From Nitrospirales bacterium (GTDB lineage Bacteria; Nitrospirota; Nitrospiria; Nitrospirales; UBA8639), in NCBI GenBank assembly GCA_965203295.1, contig CBDBCZ010000016.1, forward strand, positions 896,001-960,000: a stretch of DNA of 64,000 nt. The letters are read 5' to 3'. The position numbers and the translations under genes were made by a program. Of this stretch, positions 34,756-53,669 are shown in pieces. The notes under the pieces are model-generated. The model was given only the letters and a program-made list of their open reading frames with translations, had not been told where the DNA came from and did no database searches. Each line of letters starts with the position of its first letter. Positions within the stretch are counted from its first letter, which is position 1.

Positions 34756-36489
34756 TTAGCAGGAGGACTGAGAGTCTAAATTTGGAAAGAGCTCTTGCAC
34801 TGGAACATCATAATGGCTGCTGTCAGCCACTTTGGTTGCATACTTCCATAGCTCTAACACATCTGTGTGCATTCTGTTGGCTGCACTTTGTATCACTTTG
34901 GCATTGCTTGATATTATACTACCACTTGAGTAGTTGATTAGGCGATGGATAGTTTCTTTGCCTATTTCACGTGGGTTTATGTGGTGCCCATCAGCGAAGG
35001 TAGCTAGCTGCATGAGAAGCATGTACCACAGCACTGGTATGCATGTCAATCGGAATTCTTGACTTGGCTTTTGACTGGAATACTCTGGTTTACATTGTAG
35101 CAGTTCTAGCACTGGGGACATCTTCTGCACGATTTCTTTCCCAACTACACATGAGATGTCTGCTAAGCTCTGATGGATGTTGTCTTTGTGTTCTGCAAAT
35201 ATTTTCAGTATCAGCTCGCGATGTCTGCTGAGGTCAATGACAGAGCAGTGTGCTAAATGAAGGAGATTGGAAATCCAGTGAAGCAGAGCAGCATTTAGCC
35301 ATCTAATGTACCACGTTGATTCCCACATGAATAGGCTATCATTGACTCTTTTCAGATGTGTTTTGAAATTTTGATCTTGAAGCAGATCTGTACATGTGCT
35401 CTGAGTGTAATCGCACACACACTTGGTCAGTGCTCCATGTGGGTGAATTCTACCATCGATCATTTCACGTATTTTCTTTCGTATGGAAATGTTCCATTTC
35501 ACGTGTGGTTTATCTAATTCCTTCTCGAACGCCTGATAGTTTTGGTAGCATGGCTGCCATATTTGATCATAATTGGATGGTATTGGGTCATAGTAGCAAG
35601 GGAAGATGGCTTTGGTAAACGCTAATGTGCTCTGAAGTGTGTTTTGAATGACTTCATCAACCATTTCTGGTGTGGCAGTGGGTTGCCACCATTCTCCTGG
35701 AATGTCTAGCTCGGCTGCATACAAAGTTTCATGTTGAACATTGTATACCATTTGGTATAACTTTCCCCATTCTTCTCCTGCGTGAGTGGATGCTATGTGA
35801 GCAAGAGAATTGATCTTTGACACACACTCATTTTTTTTCATTTGGAAGACTTGAGTATAATGAGTGGTGGCGAGGGTTGATGGGATACGGGGTAACTGAG
35901 TGACAGTGGCTGTTTCTAGCTCTGTAATTAGATGACATGCCAGGTCATCTCTATCTGTTGCAAGGAGGTGCAAGTGGAGAAAACTGAGACTGGACGGGCC
36001 CAGGTAGCCACGTTTCTCAAGCTCATCGAACAGCTGGTAGCCTTCAGTTATCTTCTCAGCCTTGGCTCTGGGAATGACATTCTTTAGCAGCCAGAGGAGG
36101 GCGGCAATATTCTCAGAGCTCAGTTGGTCTGAGATGTGTAGCAGCTGTTTTCGGTAGGCAAAATCGACTGTTGGTTTGATCGGAGTAACTGTACTGCAAC
36201 TGAGAGGGCTAAACAGTGCTACAGCTGTGCTACCTGCTGTTACAAGATCTTGTCTTCCCACTGCAGAGAGGCAGTTGCAAAGAGTGTTGAGGTTATTAGG
36301 GCCTAGAAGCCTCTGTTTCTCGAGCTCATCAAACAGCTGGTACCCTTTGCTTATCTTCTCTGCCCTTGCCAGTGGTATGACTTTCTTGAGGAGCCAGAGG
36401 AGCTTCTCGATATCTTGAGCTGTCAGTTGCTGTGAGATCCGTAGCAACTGCTCTCGATAGAAAAAATCTTCATAGTAGTTGAGATCCAT
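34756..36489 (-). CDS. Intronless 577-aa protein with two tandem N-terminal death effector domains and an unrecognised C-terminal region
   Basis: Two repeats YR.QLL.IS.QL....I..LLWLLK.VIP.A.AEKI..GYQLFDELEK...LGP..L..L...L....R.DL (DED with RxDL); no QACxG caspase motif. Confidence 0.88.
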   Translation of the reverse strand: MDLNYYEDFFYREQLLRISQQLTAQDIEKLLWLLKKVIPLARAEKISKGYQLFDELEKQRLLGPNNLNTLCNCLSAVGRQDLVTAGSTAVALFSPLSCSTVTPIKPTVDFAYRKQLLHISDQLSSENIAALLWLLKNVIPRAKAEKITEGYQLFDELEKRGYLGPSSLSFLHLHLLATDRDDLACHLITELETATVTQLPRIPSTLATTHYTQVFQMKKNECVSKINSLAHIASTHAGEEWGKLYQMVYNVQHETLYAAELDIPGEWWQPTATPEMVDEVIQNTLQSTLAFTKAIFPCYYDPIPSNYDQIWQPCYQNYQAFEKELDKPHVKWNISIRKKIREMIDGRIHPHGALTKCVCDYTQSTCTDLLQDQNFKTHLKRVNDSLFMWESTWYIRWLNAALLHWISNLLHLAHCSVIDLSRHRELILKIFAEHKDNIHQSLADISCVVGKEIVQKMSPVLELLQCKPEYSSQKPSQEFRLTCIPVLWYMLLMQLATFADGHHINPREIGKETIHRLINYSSGSIISSNAKVIQSAANRMHTDVLELWKYATKVADSSHYDVPVQELFPNLDSQSSC

Positions 36490-36710
36490 TTGCTCTCTGT
36501 CTTGAAGTTGTTTGCTTCACAACTAAAACCACTTGCATACAAAGTGCAGTACTGCAAGAGCTGCTTGCTGGTTTCACTTTAAAGTCACTGTTACAGGAAG
36601 CATGGAATTCACCACAAAAATGTTCTTGAGTCTAGAGTTTAAGTATCTGGTGGCCTCTGACAGACCACTGCACAGTTCTCGGAAATTTGCAATTTGTTAC
36701 ATGTATGTAC

Positions 36711-36879
36711 ATCATAAAACATTTATAGGAATTGGTCATGAAACATATATAGGAATTGGTCATGAAACATTTATAGGAATTGGTCATGAAATATTTATAG
36801 GAATTGGTCATGAAACATTTATAGGAATTGGTCATGAAACATTGATAGGAATTGGTCATGAAACATTTATAGGAATTGG
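36711..36879. repeat. 24-bp minisatellite, ~7 copies
   Basis: Unit TCATGAAACATTTATAGGAATTGG. Confidence 0.95.
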
Positions 36880-37695
36880 ACAGGAAGACATGACATTGGG
36901 TGGGATAAGGGACCAGGTGATAGTACTCTCTGCGTGCTCTTGGATCAATCGTGACATAGCAGCAGACAACCAAGTGCTCTCTCTTTGAGCTACTGCAACT
37001 GGTTAAAGCAGCTCTAATATGCATGCAGCCATATTTACCCCAAGTTTCTAGTACACCAGACCAATTAAAGCTGGATGTAGTGACTAATGAATTGTAATGT
37101 CCTTGTTTTTTAGTTAATTCTCATCTCTGAAAAATTGAGACCCTCCACGTTACTACCGCAAGCAGTGTCATGCAGAAAACACATTACATAATGTATTATA
37201 CCACGAACTGACCATGAATTCTTAAGTGGTACATACTCTATGCCTTGCATGGAAGCGCACCTTCTCCTCTCCCCTCCCCCACCCCTCTCCCCTTTCCCTT
37301 CCCCTTAATTCCCCTTCCCCTCCCCTCCCCTCCCCTCCCCCTCCCCTCCCCTCCCCCTCCCCCTCCCCTCCCCTCCCCTCCCCTCCCCCCACCTGTAGGC
37401 AAGAGCAGTGGAGCAGTGGAAGGAGGTAACTCAGTCGAAGGAGGAACATGGCTCTCTCGGGACCGTAGTCATGTGGGCGCAGAATAAGCTCAAGTCAGAG
37501 ACTGAGGCCCACAAAGTGATTGCTTTTCCCTGAGCAACTCGTGGGAGGGAAGGCAGGGGGACTGTCCCTTAACATCTTCCAGCGTAATACATGTACATGA
37601 CTCCCCACGAAAATCAACTGCAGCTAAACTTCACTGAGCAATACTGTGTCATCTCTGGCCTGAATGCCGAGCACCAAGTAGTATATAGTATTTCC

Positions 37696-37862
<167 letters not shown>

Positions 37863-38077
37863 CATCCATCGTTGCCAGGATACAAAACATTCAATTTTGG
37901 AATTGGAACATAGCTAATCCCTTGGTACCCATTTGTGGGCATATCAAAATACTCCCAGTACAGCTTCCCACCCCTCAAAGCAGACAGATGGTATTATTGC
38001 ACTGAACTAAGTAAGCCAAAGTGTCCTATGGTGGTAACTAGATTGGCATAATCAGATGCTCCCTGCTCCTCCCTCAG

Positions 38078-39667
38078 GAGTCGGAGGACATGCACTCCGA
38101 CTCGCTGGGAGTGCAGCTCAGGAAGACAGAGAGGGAACTGAAGCTGCACGAGCTGACGGCGAAGGAGCTGGAGGTGGCCAAGACCACACATGATCTCTCA
38201 AGAGGAGTGCCAGTAGCTCAAGGGCAGGGTGAGTTGGAGGTGGCCCCGCCCATCCTCCCTCAAGGGCAGGTGAGTTGGAGGTGGTCCCGCCCATCCTCCC
38301 TCAAGGGCAGGGTGAGTTGAAGTTGGCCCCGCCCATCTTCCCTCAAGGGCAGGGTGAGTTGGAGGTGGCCCCGCCCATCTTCCCTCAAGGGCAGGGTGAG
38401 CTGGAGGTGGCCCCGCCCATCCTCCCTGCCCATCTTCCCTCAAGGGCAGGGTGAGTTGGAGGTGGTCCCGCCCATCTTCCCTACCCGCTCAAGGGCAGGG
38501 CAAGTTGGAGGTGGTCCCGCCCATCTTCCCTGCCCAGTTGCTCAAGGGCAGGGTGAGTTGGAGGTAGTCCCGCCCATCCTCCTACGGGAGCCTTATCCCT
38601 CAGACTTTTAGGCTGGTACATTTTCACATCCTTTTTATTTGCATCACTTTGGCACACTGGGAGTGTAGCTTCATTGTTCAATACATGAAGTTGCAAAAAA
38701 GATTATTTTCCCCACGTAGGGTGCCTATGAACAACAAAAATCTTCCGATTGACAGTATATTCCTCCCTTTAACCAATGAATTGCTCCAAATTGATGATAT
38801 TATAAAGAGTAAAGCACACACCCATAGAATACAAGAGGCAACATGCATGGCAATAAAGTAATGGCATAGTTAGGAGTCCAAAGGAGTCAATCGAGCAAAG
38901 ATGGTCTAAGAAGACTTTGAGAAAAGCATCTAAGACAGATTAAAGCTTTAAATGGATCTTGTCCTGGTTGCTATTGGAGATGGGAGACTAAGATTGCCAT
39001 GTAGTGCCGGTCCTCCAGGCGATGTACGGGTGAATAGGATCTGTTTACAGGACTTTAGGAATGCAACGTCATACTCATTACGGGCAGATTTCTTGGAACC
39101 TTGATGGCATGCCAGCTGGTCTGATGTCAATTATCATTGTCATGCAGACAGGGACTTTAGTACACTAGTGGTTTGTAATAGGCACACTCAGTTTCCTGTT
39201 TTGTGGTAGAGTGCAATTGTAAACATGACGTAGCTCTTGGTGTACTAGTGGTTTGTAGCGGACGTCTCTCGTTCCCATTCCTTTCCCATACACCCCAGCT
39301 TTTATCTCACACCATATGTTTTGTGGTTTGGGGTAAAGCGCAATTGTAATAATTAAATATGAAAGGGGGGAGCCTATGCTTGTAGATCAGATGTCATCCT
39401 GAAATCCGAGACTTTTATGTACTCAGAAGGAAATTTGCTGTTGTTAGTGCTGCTTAGAACTGCAATGGCTGTTTATTTAGTTTTCAATAGCCAAAGATTG
39501 AAGACTTCATTTTGTTTCTCCCCACGTCCTCTCAGATCGGTGAGCTGAATGCTCACATTGCTGAGTAGGGTGCGGAGGTGGAGGAACTGAAAGCCGGCAG
39601 AAGACGCACCAGAAGAACTGACATTGGAGATGAGTACTTTGGAGCAATTCAACCAAGACATCGAGAG
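38078..39667 (+). pseudogene. Coiled-coil gene remnants (exon-like 38078-~38210 and 39536-39667)
   Basis: AG-preceded ESEDMHSDSLGVQLRKTERELKLHELTAKELEV and IGELNAHIAE*GAEVEELK..ELTLEMSTLEQFNQDIE with in-frame stop and frameshift. Confidence 0.4.
38217..38582. repeat. ~42-bp minisatellite, ~8 copies
   Basis: Unit CTCAAGGGCAGGGTGAGTTGGAGGTGGCCCCGCCCATCTTCC. Confidence 0.92.
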
Positions 39668-39932
<265 letters not shown>

Positions 39933-40371
39933 ATGTGTTTACTGTATGATTACATACATATGAATTGATTTAATGTCCCTCCCTCCCTCCCTCCCTCCCT
40001 CCTTCCCTCTTGCAAAAAAAATCTGTGTGGAAGGCCTGGGTTTGAGGCTATATACTGCTAGGACAGTGAATACAGTATCTGGCACCAGAGGAAGTCCACC
40101 AAGGTTGACTTTTTAATCAGGTCTTATTAAAGTAACTTAATACAGATTTGTAATGCATGTTAAGTACAGTGTTTCCCATAAACAGTGTCTAGATAGATTT
40201 AGCCATCGAACCCGACTCAATCCTCTGGAATATGAACTCGGAGGGAGGTTTAGGTATCCATTGTCATACTTAATTAAAGGTCGAATTTCGAGAACTTTAG
40301 CTACAATCGTACTTTCCCACAGACAACATTCATTACATGCATCTCTGACTCTACCTACGAAGTTTTAGCAA

Positions 40372-40489
40372 AGCTGACTTTAGTAACACGGCTGACTTTA
40401 ATAGCACGGCTGACTTTTATAACGCGGCTGACTTTATAACGCGGCTGACTTTAAAGTAACACGGCTGACTTCAGTAACACAGCTGACTT
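40372..40489. repeat. ~18-bp tandem repeat
   Basis: Unit GCTGACTTT(N)AGTAACACG-like, ~6-7 copies. Confidence 0.85.
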
Positions 40490-40936
40490 GCTGTGTGTGT
40501 GGACGAGGGGAAACTGCATAAGTGTGGCTTCACGAGCCAGCTCACTGCTGCCATGGTTACCACAGGAGGGTAGAGGCAGACTGTGCTGCTGGGGCTAATA
40601 CTCGTCGATGGTGCCGCTTGTCTCTAGGTACATGTTTGAATGACTACATGATTGATCTTTGACTCCGTGTGCGCCGCAATGGTATTCATGCAACTGCCAT
40701 TCTAAACACACATGCATTGCCTGGGGGGGGGGGGGGGGTGGCAAGACTTACACACAGTGGGCAGAATGCATACAACTAGACTAATATAAGTGTGGGGCTT
40801 AGAATCTCTTAATTAGGAGATATGGTGGCACGCAGGAATAGGACATAGGTTAATTGCCCAATGAATTTGTCAATTTTTGTGCCAATTACACACTTAAAAA
40901 TATTTCTGTTCTGCCTCTCTCAATGTGTGCCAACAG

Positions 40937-41151
40937 CTCAGTCGTTCGTTGGCAAGGGGACGTATCTGAAGAGAATCCGCTACCACGGGAGAGGGATGCA
41001 CGGGGTGATGCACAAGACCTACTCACACTACTTCCTGGTACTCAAACAAGGCCGGGCAGTGCACAAGAAGAGAACTAAAGAAGACCGCAAGAGTTTCAAG
41101 TCAAAGAAACTCATTGAGGCTGGACCCAGGAGCATCCCCAATTCATTATAG
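40937..41151 (+). pseudogene. Orphan duplicate of the MRPL22 last exon
   Basis: Near-identical to 32085-32299, still open; the three upstream exons are not present 5' of it. Confidence 0.8.
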
Positions 41152-41354
41152 CAGTAGAATCAATATCATGTCACCCATTGTATTTGCTAAAAAACGGAAA
41201 ACACAATAAATCTCATCTGCTGGTTAATATTAATAATATACCTAGCTAGGTAAACAATAACTTAATGAGGTCACATGGAAGAAAGCAAACAGTAGTGTGT
41301 GTGTGTGTGTAGCTTGAGATCAGTGCATGAATTGTGTGGCTGTTCTTTTTTTTT

Positions 41355-44300
41355 TTAAAGCCCGCCAGTTTGCTGCTGAAAGACTTCAATAGTGTCATCG
41401 TCTTCCATGTCCAACTGTAGGTACATGAAATAGGCCAGCATAATAATCAACCTTCTTTTAGTCAATTTATGCTGAAAAGTAAAAAAAAAAAAAAAAAATC
41501 TATTTGCCAACGTACGTCTGAAGGTGTTTGGTCCTCACCAACATGACCCCCATCAAAGGTAAATCTTATTGTGTTCCTTTGAAAGCCCTGTAGAGGAAAA
41601 ATACATCGTATGATTAATGGCAAGTGGAGGCTAACAAAATTATGACAGGTACCATATTCTACGTTACTATATAGGTGAATGTAAAGCATTGTGGGGTGAG
41701 CGTGAGCGAGGTGGTAGCCTATGCGTACGCTAGTGGCGACGCACCCTCAGCAGCTCTTCGAATCTGGCTCTAGCCCTCTAACTCTCCTATCTCAGTGTCA
41801 CTTGAGTCGGGGGCCTAGAGAAAATGGCATCTCTGGTTTCAATGTGACTTGTTGCAGACCTGGGGAAATACAGCAACGCTGACCTCTGCCGCTGCAGTCT
41901 AATCTGTGCGGGCACACCTACGAAGCTAGCCAGCTGCAGCCGGCCACCGTGGCCACGTAAACAATTTGGAACGTTATATTGGAACACGGAAACAATATGC
42001 GGTATGTGGACGTAGCACGCACGCACAGATAAATTCTCAATTGAACACACTAGTGTGGGGCTCACTCACTCACGCTCGCCCAATTATCTGCCCCCTTCCC
42101 CCCCTCCCCCCCCCCCGGTACAGAATTGGATTTAATGTTACTTTGGTAAACTTCATTGACACGATTCAACATTGTGAAGTACTTATGGTTTCAATAGCTT
42201 TGGCTCTCTTCACCAGACATTGTCTGACAAAGAGTGCCAAAGTGCTATCAAAATTTTGCCAAAGCCATCCTCAAGTCCGAATATCTAGTTGGTATGGTAA
42301 TTACATGTATGTTCCTCAATAAACACATCATCAACCCACCCGTTTCTTTGCTCAACAGTTAGGTGGGAGAGTATTTGTATCCACCCACTCATTATATCAT
42401 CCATATGAGCTAAACCTATACCGGTAACTAACAGCTGAAAAATCAAAGACAGTGAGCAGACTGAAGCCACAATTTCAATTCAGTGCACTTTAATTGAAAT
42501 GCCAAGGTGGGCTACATGTAGTTACCTGTTTAACTTATTTGCTGATAATGGTAATGTGCACGTTCTATAATTATCCCATACTTGCCTAATGAAGTTACAT
42601 ATACTCGCTTTGCACTATATAGCACTACATTTGAGTGGGTGGATACTAAATCACATTTACGCATTGTCCCTCTTTTAGCCAGCACATAGGTGCCAACCCA
42701 TGGGCTACACATACATGTGCTGTGTAGCCAGCAGCCTAAACAGCTTTACAGCTAATGTCATGCACACTCTATGTTAGACAATGAACCAGGCCTTCCCCAC
42801 AATTAGGGATGCATGTAACCATTTCTAGTACATGTAATATGTCGCACCTGTCTGTCACAGTACGCCTGCATAAGCTTCTTCAGCGGAGTGTTCTTCTTGA
42901 TCTTGAAGTGGACAACAGATCCATCCTGCAAGGAACAGAGACAGGAAATGCAACATACATCGAAGGTCATCCACTGACATCATTCCTGTGGCAATTAAGT
43001 CCTTGGCAGGTTCTACACAGCAAAACGTGGTATGGCGTTTAACCACGACACAGTGACACATACACATGTAGACAGAGTCGCAGGCAGTCTTTCTGCATCC
43101 CTGCTCTGTGACTAACAGCAACTATACAAGGTACATGTAAGCTACCGTATACTGTTTATACACAGTGTTCTGGCATTTAGGGACGCTCCAGTCTCTCAAC
43201 CACCCTGCTTCCCATGTCGGTGCTAATGATAATAACCCACATCACACTTTCATTCTAGAAACAGGACAGTTTTAATGTTATGAGAGCATTAACGCTCATG
43301 TGTGGGTCGGGAATGCCAATGTCACAACACATCCTTAAACAGCAGAGTCAGGGTTTCTTTTAGTTTCAAGGTGTGTGTGTGTGTGGGGGGGGGGGGGTGT
43401 TGGGGGCACTTACAAACTTTCTTCCTAAAAGAAATTCAATTCTACTGGTCTGCCTGTAAACAGCCCATTTCTATGGTGTTGCATGGCTTGCTCCAAGATC
43501 CTCATTTATCCATGCATGACTGTCCACACTGATCATGTTTGACTGCTTATTAATGTGTTCCTGTAGTTTGCACTGCAATGCGTAATAGAGTAGAGATCGA
43601 AGGTTATAAAATTCACTGGTGGCTTGCATAGCAGCTTTATCACAGAGGAAACTGAAAAACAGGGAGAAAAACATATACCGTATTTCCGCGATCAGACGCC
43701 GCCCTCGAATTATGGCCGCACCTCCGGGAGTGCTGAACGAAATAGTGGCCGCCCTCGAATAGTAGCCGCGTAAGCAAGAAGATGTAGCAACTACAGTAAA
43801 AGTAGAGTAATACTTGAATTTGCTAGCTAACAGTTATCGGACCTCACCTTTGTCTTCTTCGAGATTGCGAATTTAAGGGATCAGAGCCCGACGGAGCTCG
43901 AGGCTGCCCGCGAATCTATTTTTTCGATACCTCTCCCCTCAAAAAAAACAGCTGGCATTGTAGCATAACGGCTTTTCGATAGTGTTGAGGCACGAACAGC
44001 GATTTTCAAACGGATTTAAACTGCTGTTGTACATCGCTGTGTAACCAGTAAACCGCTCAATCTAATAAACGCCGCCCTCGATTAGTGGCCGCCCTCGAAT
44101 AGTGGCCGCGGAAAATCGCGCGATGAAATAAATAGTAGCCGCGGCATCTGATCGCGGAAATACGGTACGCGGCTTGCAAAATTCAACGAAGATTAGCTTG
44201 CAAAATGTCTAGTTTGACTACGAAAACTCTCATCAAATGCCATCTTCAGTGGCAATAGCTATGACTGCTTTTATCTGTCTCCAAAAAGAACATATGTGCC

Positions 44301-45973
44301 CCCATACACAATTAACCACCTCCTTAGGTGATAGGGGAACCACAACAAGTTTCCCTTCCACTGTAGGGAGTCACAGGGGAATGATTAGCTTCCTGTTTGC
44401 GAACTCAACTATACACGTAGCATAAGAACCCAGAATATGGAATTAGTATATTGTGGAATCTCAGTCTGAAATGCGAAAACTTCGTTTAATAGAATAATGT
44501 TTTGCTCACGTACAAAATGCTTTAAAATCCCATTGATAATAGCTCTGCATTTAACCACTGAAATGTGGACACTCCACAATAGTCACCGGAACAACTAATC
44601 ACTACGAACAACTAAACATGTATATCAACGACAGACCACTACTCACAAGCCTATATGTACTGAATCAGTTTACTTATAATTAGTTCTTAATACCTTAATG
44701 AGCAAAGGACAGCTTTGGTCTATCACAGAAATTTTGGTCATGATGTAATTTTGGTCCGGGGGACTGAAACTCCAGACAAATGGGTCTCCCAGCCCATATT
44801 TCTCCCAAATATTTTGATCCACACATGGAATAACGGTTCGACGTGGTCTGAGCATGTGTAAACATGTATAGTCATGCAGAGTCTAGTAGATGAATGGACT
44901 ATAAATAATAGAGATTCAGTTAAGCCTTGCAATTGGTGTGCCTTAATTTGTATCGGCTCTTCCAAGATCAGTGGCGGGCTATAAACTGAAGAAAGCTGTC
45001 TACACACGTTTAGCTATACAAATCATCAGTTCAGGCTTTTACATATAAGTTTATGTGCACAGAACAAGATACATGTACACGCACTGCCAAGTACCAAGAC
45101 CATATTTTCAGAGGCAGACCACTTCCCCCCACCCCCCCAAAAAAAAAGAATCTGGGCAGATCTAGGGCCCCATAAAATTTCGGTCCAGGGCGAATAATGC
45201 ATGAGCCAAAGGACCAAAATTCCAGTGACAAGCCATTTGAAAACTCGAATTGCCCAATCAATTGCTGACTCAGCAGTTCTACTGTCCGTACAACCATGTA
45301 GGTAATATTAGCATATATCCTATGACCATGTCCACAAGGTTGCCTATGGAGGCTATTCTACACAGAGAAGCCTGAAATTATCACCAATAGAGAGTTTTTA
45401 TGTGTCGTCACAGATCACGTGTGTCCGTGTCACGCTCCGTTTATGCCCGTTCTTGCCCACCATGCGTGGGCGACTAGATTGGTACGTTATACAGCGATCT
45501 CAGAATCAAGAGCCGCTGGGAACTTACGCGTTCAGTATCTCAACTATCGCTGTAAGTCAGTTTTCAGGCGGGACAGATCGAGTGAATCTACCACCTAGAC
45601 TACAAGTACGAGAGTAACTTCCGGTCTTTATGCGTATGGCTATGTACGTTGGCTGCCCACCAAAATGGCGCCCTGGCAACAGTTGCTACATGCGCGTGAC
45701 GTAAAATGATGTCAATGAAAACTCTCTATAAAGCTTTAAGGGACCTGTAACATCACAATCACCCAAAGTAATCCATAGCCTATGTACATACACATAGTAA
45801 ACTATTAAACACTGTACCACACACCGAGCCAGTCACTTTTAAGTTTATGTGCTCACTGCCGACGTCTGGTTTTACTTCAGGCTGGGAAAGAGGAGAAAAA
45901 TCTTCATGATTCTCTGTCACACAAACTTACTCCCCCGCACACACACAATCCTTACTTTGGTCTCGTCAGACAT
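41355..45973 (-). CDS. SUMO: SUMO (SUMO2/3-like), 94 aa; exons 45956-45973, 45825-45881, 42848-42925, 41516-41587, 41355-41414
   Basis: Spliced: [94 protein letters not shown]; all introns GT-AG, phase 0. Confidence 0.95.
43678..44165. mobile_element. Tc1/mariner-type MITE in SUMO intron
   Basis: TA|CCGTATTTCCGCGATCAGA..TCTGATCGCGGAAATACGG|TA; subterminal GCCGCCCTCGAAT repeats. Confidence 0.8.
45389..45727. mobile_element. Short-TIR MITE with AT TSD
   Basis: AT|AGAGAGTTTT..AAAACTCTCT|AT. Confidence 0.5.
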
Positions 45974-46171
45974 GGTTCCAAGGTTCTTCTGAACAGGATA
46001 CGAAAGGGCTAGGGCTAGCGTTCGGCCGTCTATAACCTAAGCCAGAAAGTCTAAAGTCTTTTCGTCGAAACTTGGCGGTATATTTCCTGAGAACCACGTG
46101 ACCGTGCTTTGTATTCTAAATGAAGCACACCTAAGTATCCACCTTGGACTGTGCATGCTGTGCCTTCGAAT

Positions 46172-52855
<6,684 letters not shown>

Positions 52856-53669
52856 CTGAGCTATAGCCGTGCTTCCTCTCTCTTGCTTTTTCTTCTCTGT
52901 CAGTAAACGACTGCAATAGTTGAAGTGCATGATAAAGCTACCCCCGGTTCCATCATGCATGTGGGAGCTCCTTAAGCGTACGTACAATGCCAACTATACA
53001 AGGTCATGTACATGTACGTACCTGCATCAGTGGTATGCATGGTAATTAAATGAACCTATACATTTTATAGCCCTATATATTATGCAGTTCTGAAATATCT
53101 CCACAGAGTTGGTGAAGCAGAATTGCACACCCCTACTCATTGATCCTCTTGAGCTCGGACATGCCGGTAAATCTAGATCAGCTACATGACCATACATACA
53201 CCAGACATCTGACAATGTAAGTACACCAGCACATCCGATATCTAGTATAGCAACGTACTGGAAAGGTCTGCACATCTTTATCCCACCACCTCATGCAGAC
53301 TGTATGCAATGCATGTCTTGTCCAGACAGGAATAATCATGGGTGTAACTCTAAGTTAGTTATAGCTGGCTCAATAGCCACCAGAGGCTAGCTATATAGCT
53401 AGTGCATGAAAAATATAATTATGGTCCACAATTCCTGCTGCAGATTATAGGGTGAAGGTATTGGTTGCAACAGACTATTACAATGCATAGCGATCACAAA
53501 AAAAGCAACATAGGGAATACGTATATAGACCAGATATACAATTGCATTGTACAATTTCTGTTTCTCCCTTACACACACAGCAGTGAGTGAATAGTATTGC
53601 AAACACATAATAATTGGAATACATGGCTCTAACTGAGCACATGAATATGATTATATGTCTTTATGTAGA

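Noticed and set aside
36533..37024. ORFs of 130-151 aa upstream of the DED gene
   Set aside because: Open only because they cross the 24-bp minisatellite.
41675..41686. 12-nt match (GTGAATGTAAAG) to the reverse complement of the unit 11 spacer
   Set aside because: Short enough to be chance, and the spacer would be sense to the SUMO pre-mRNA.
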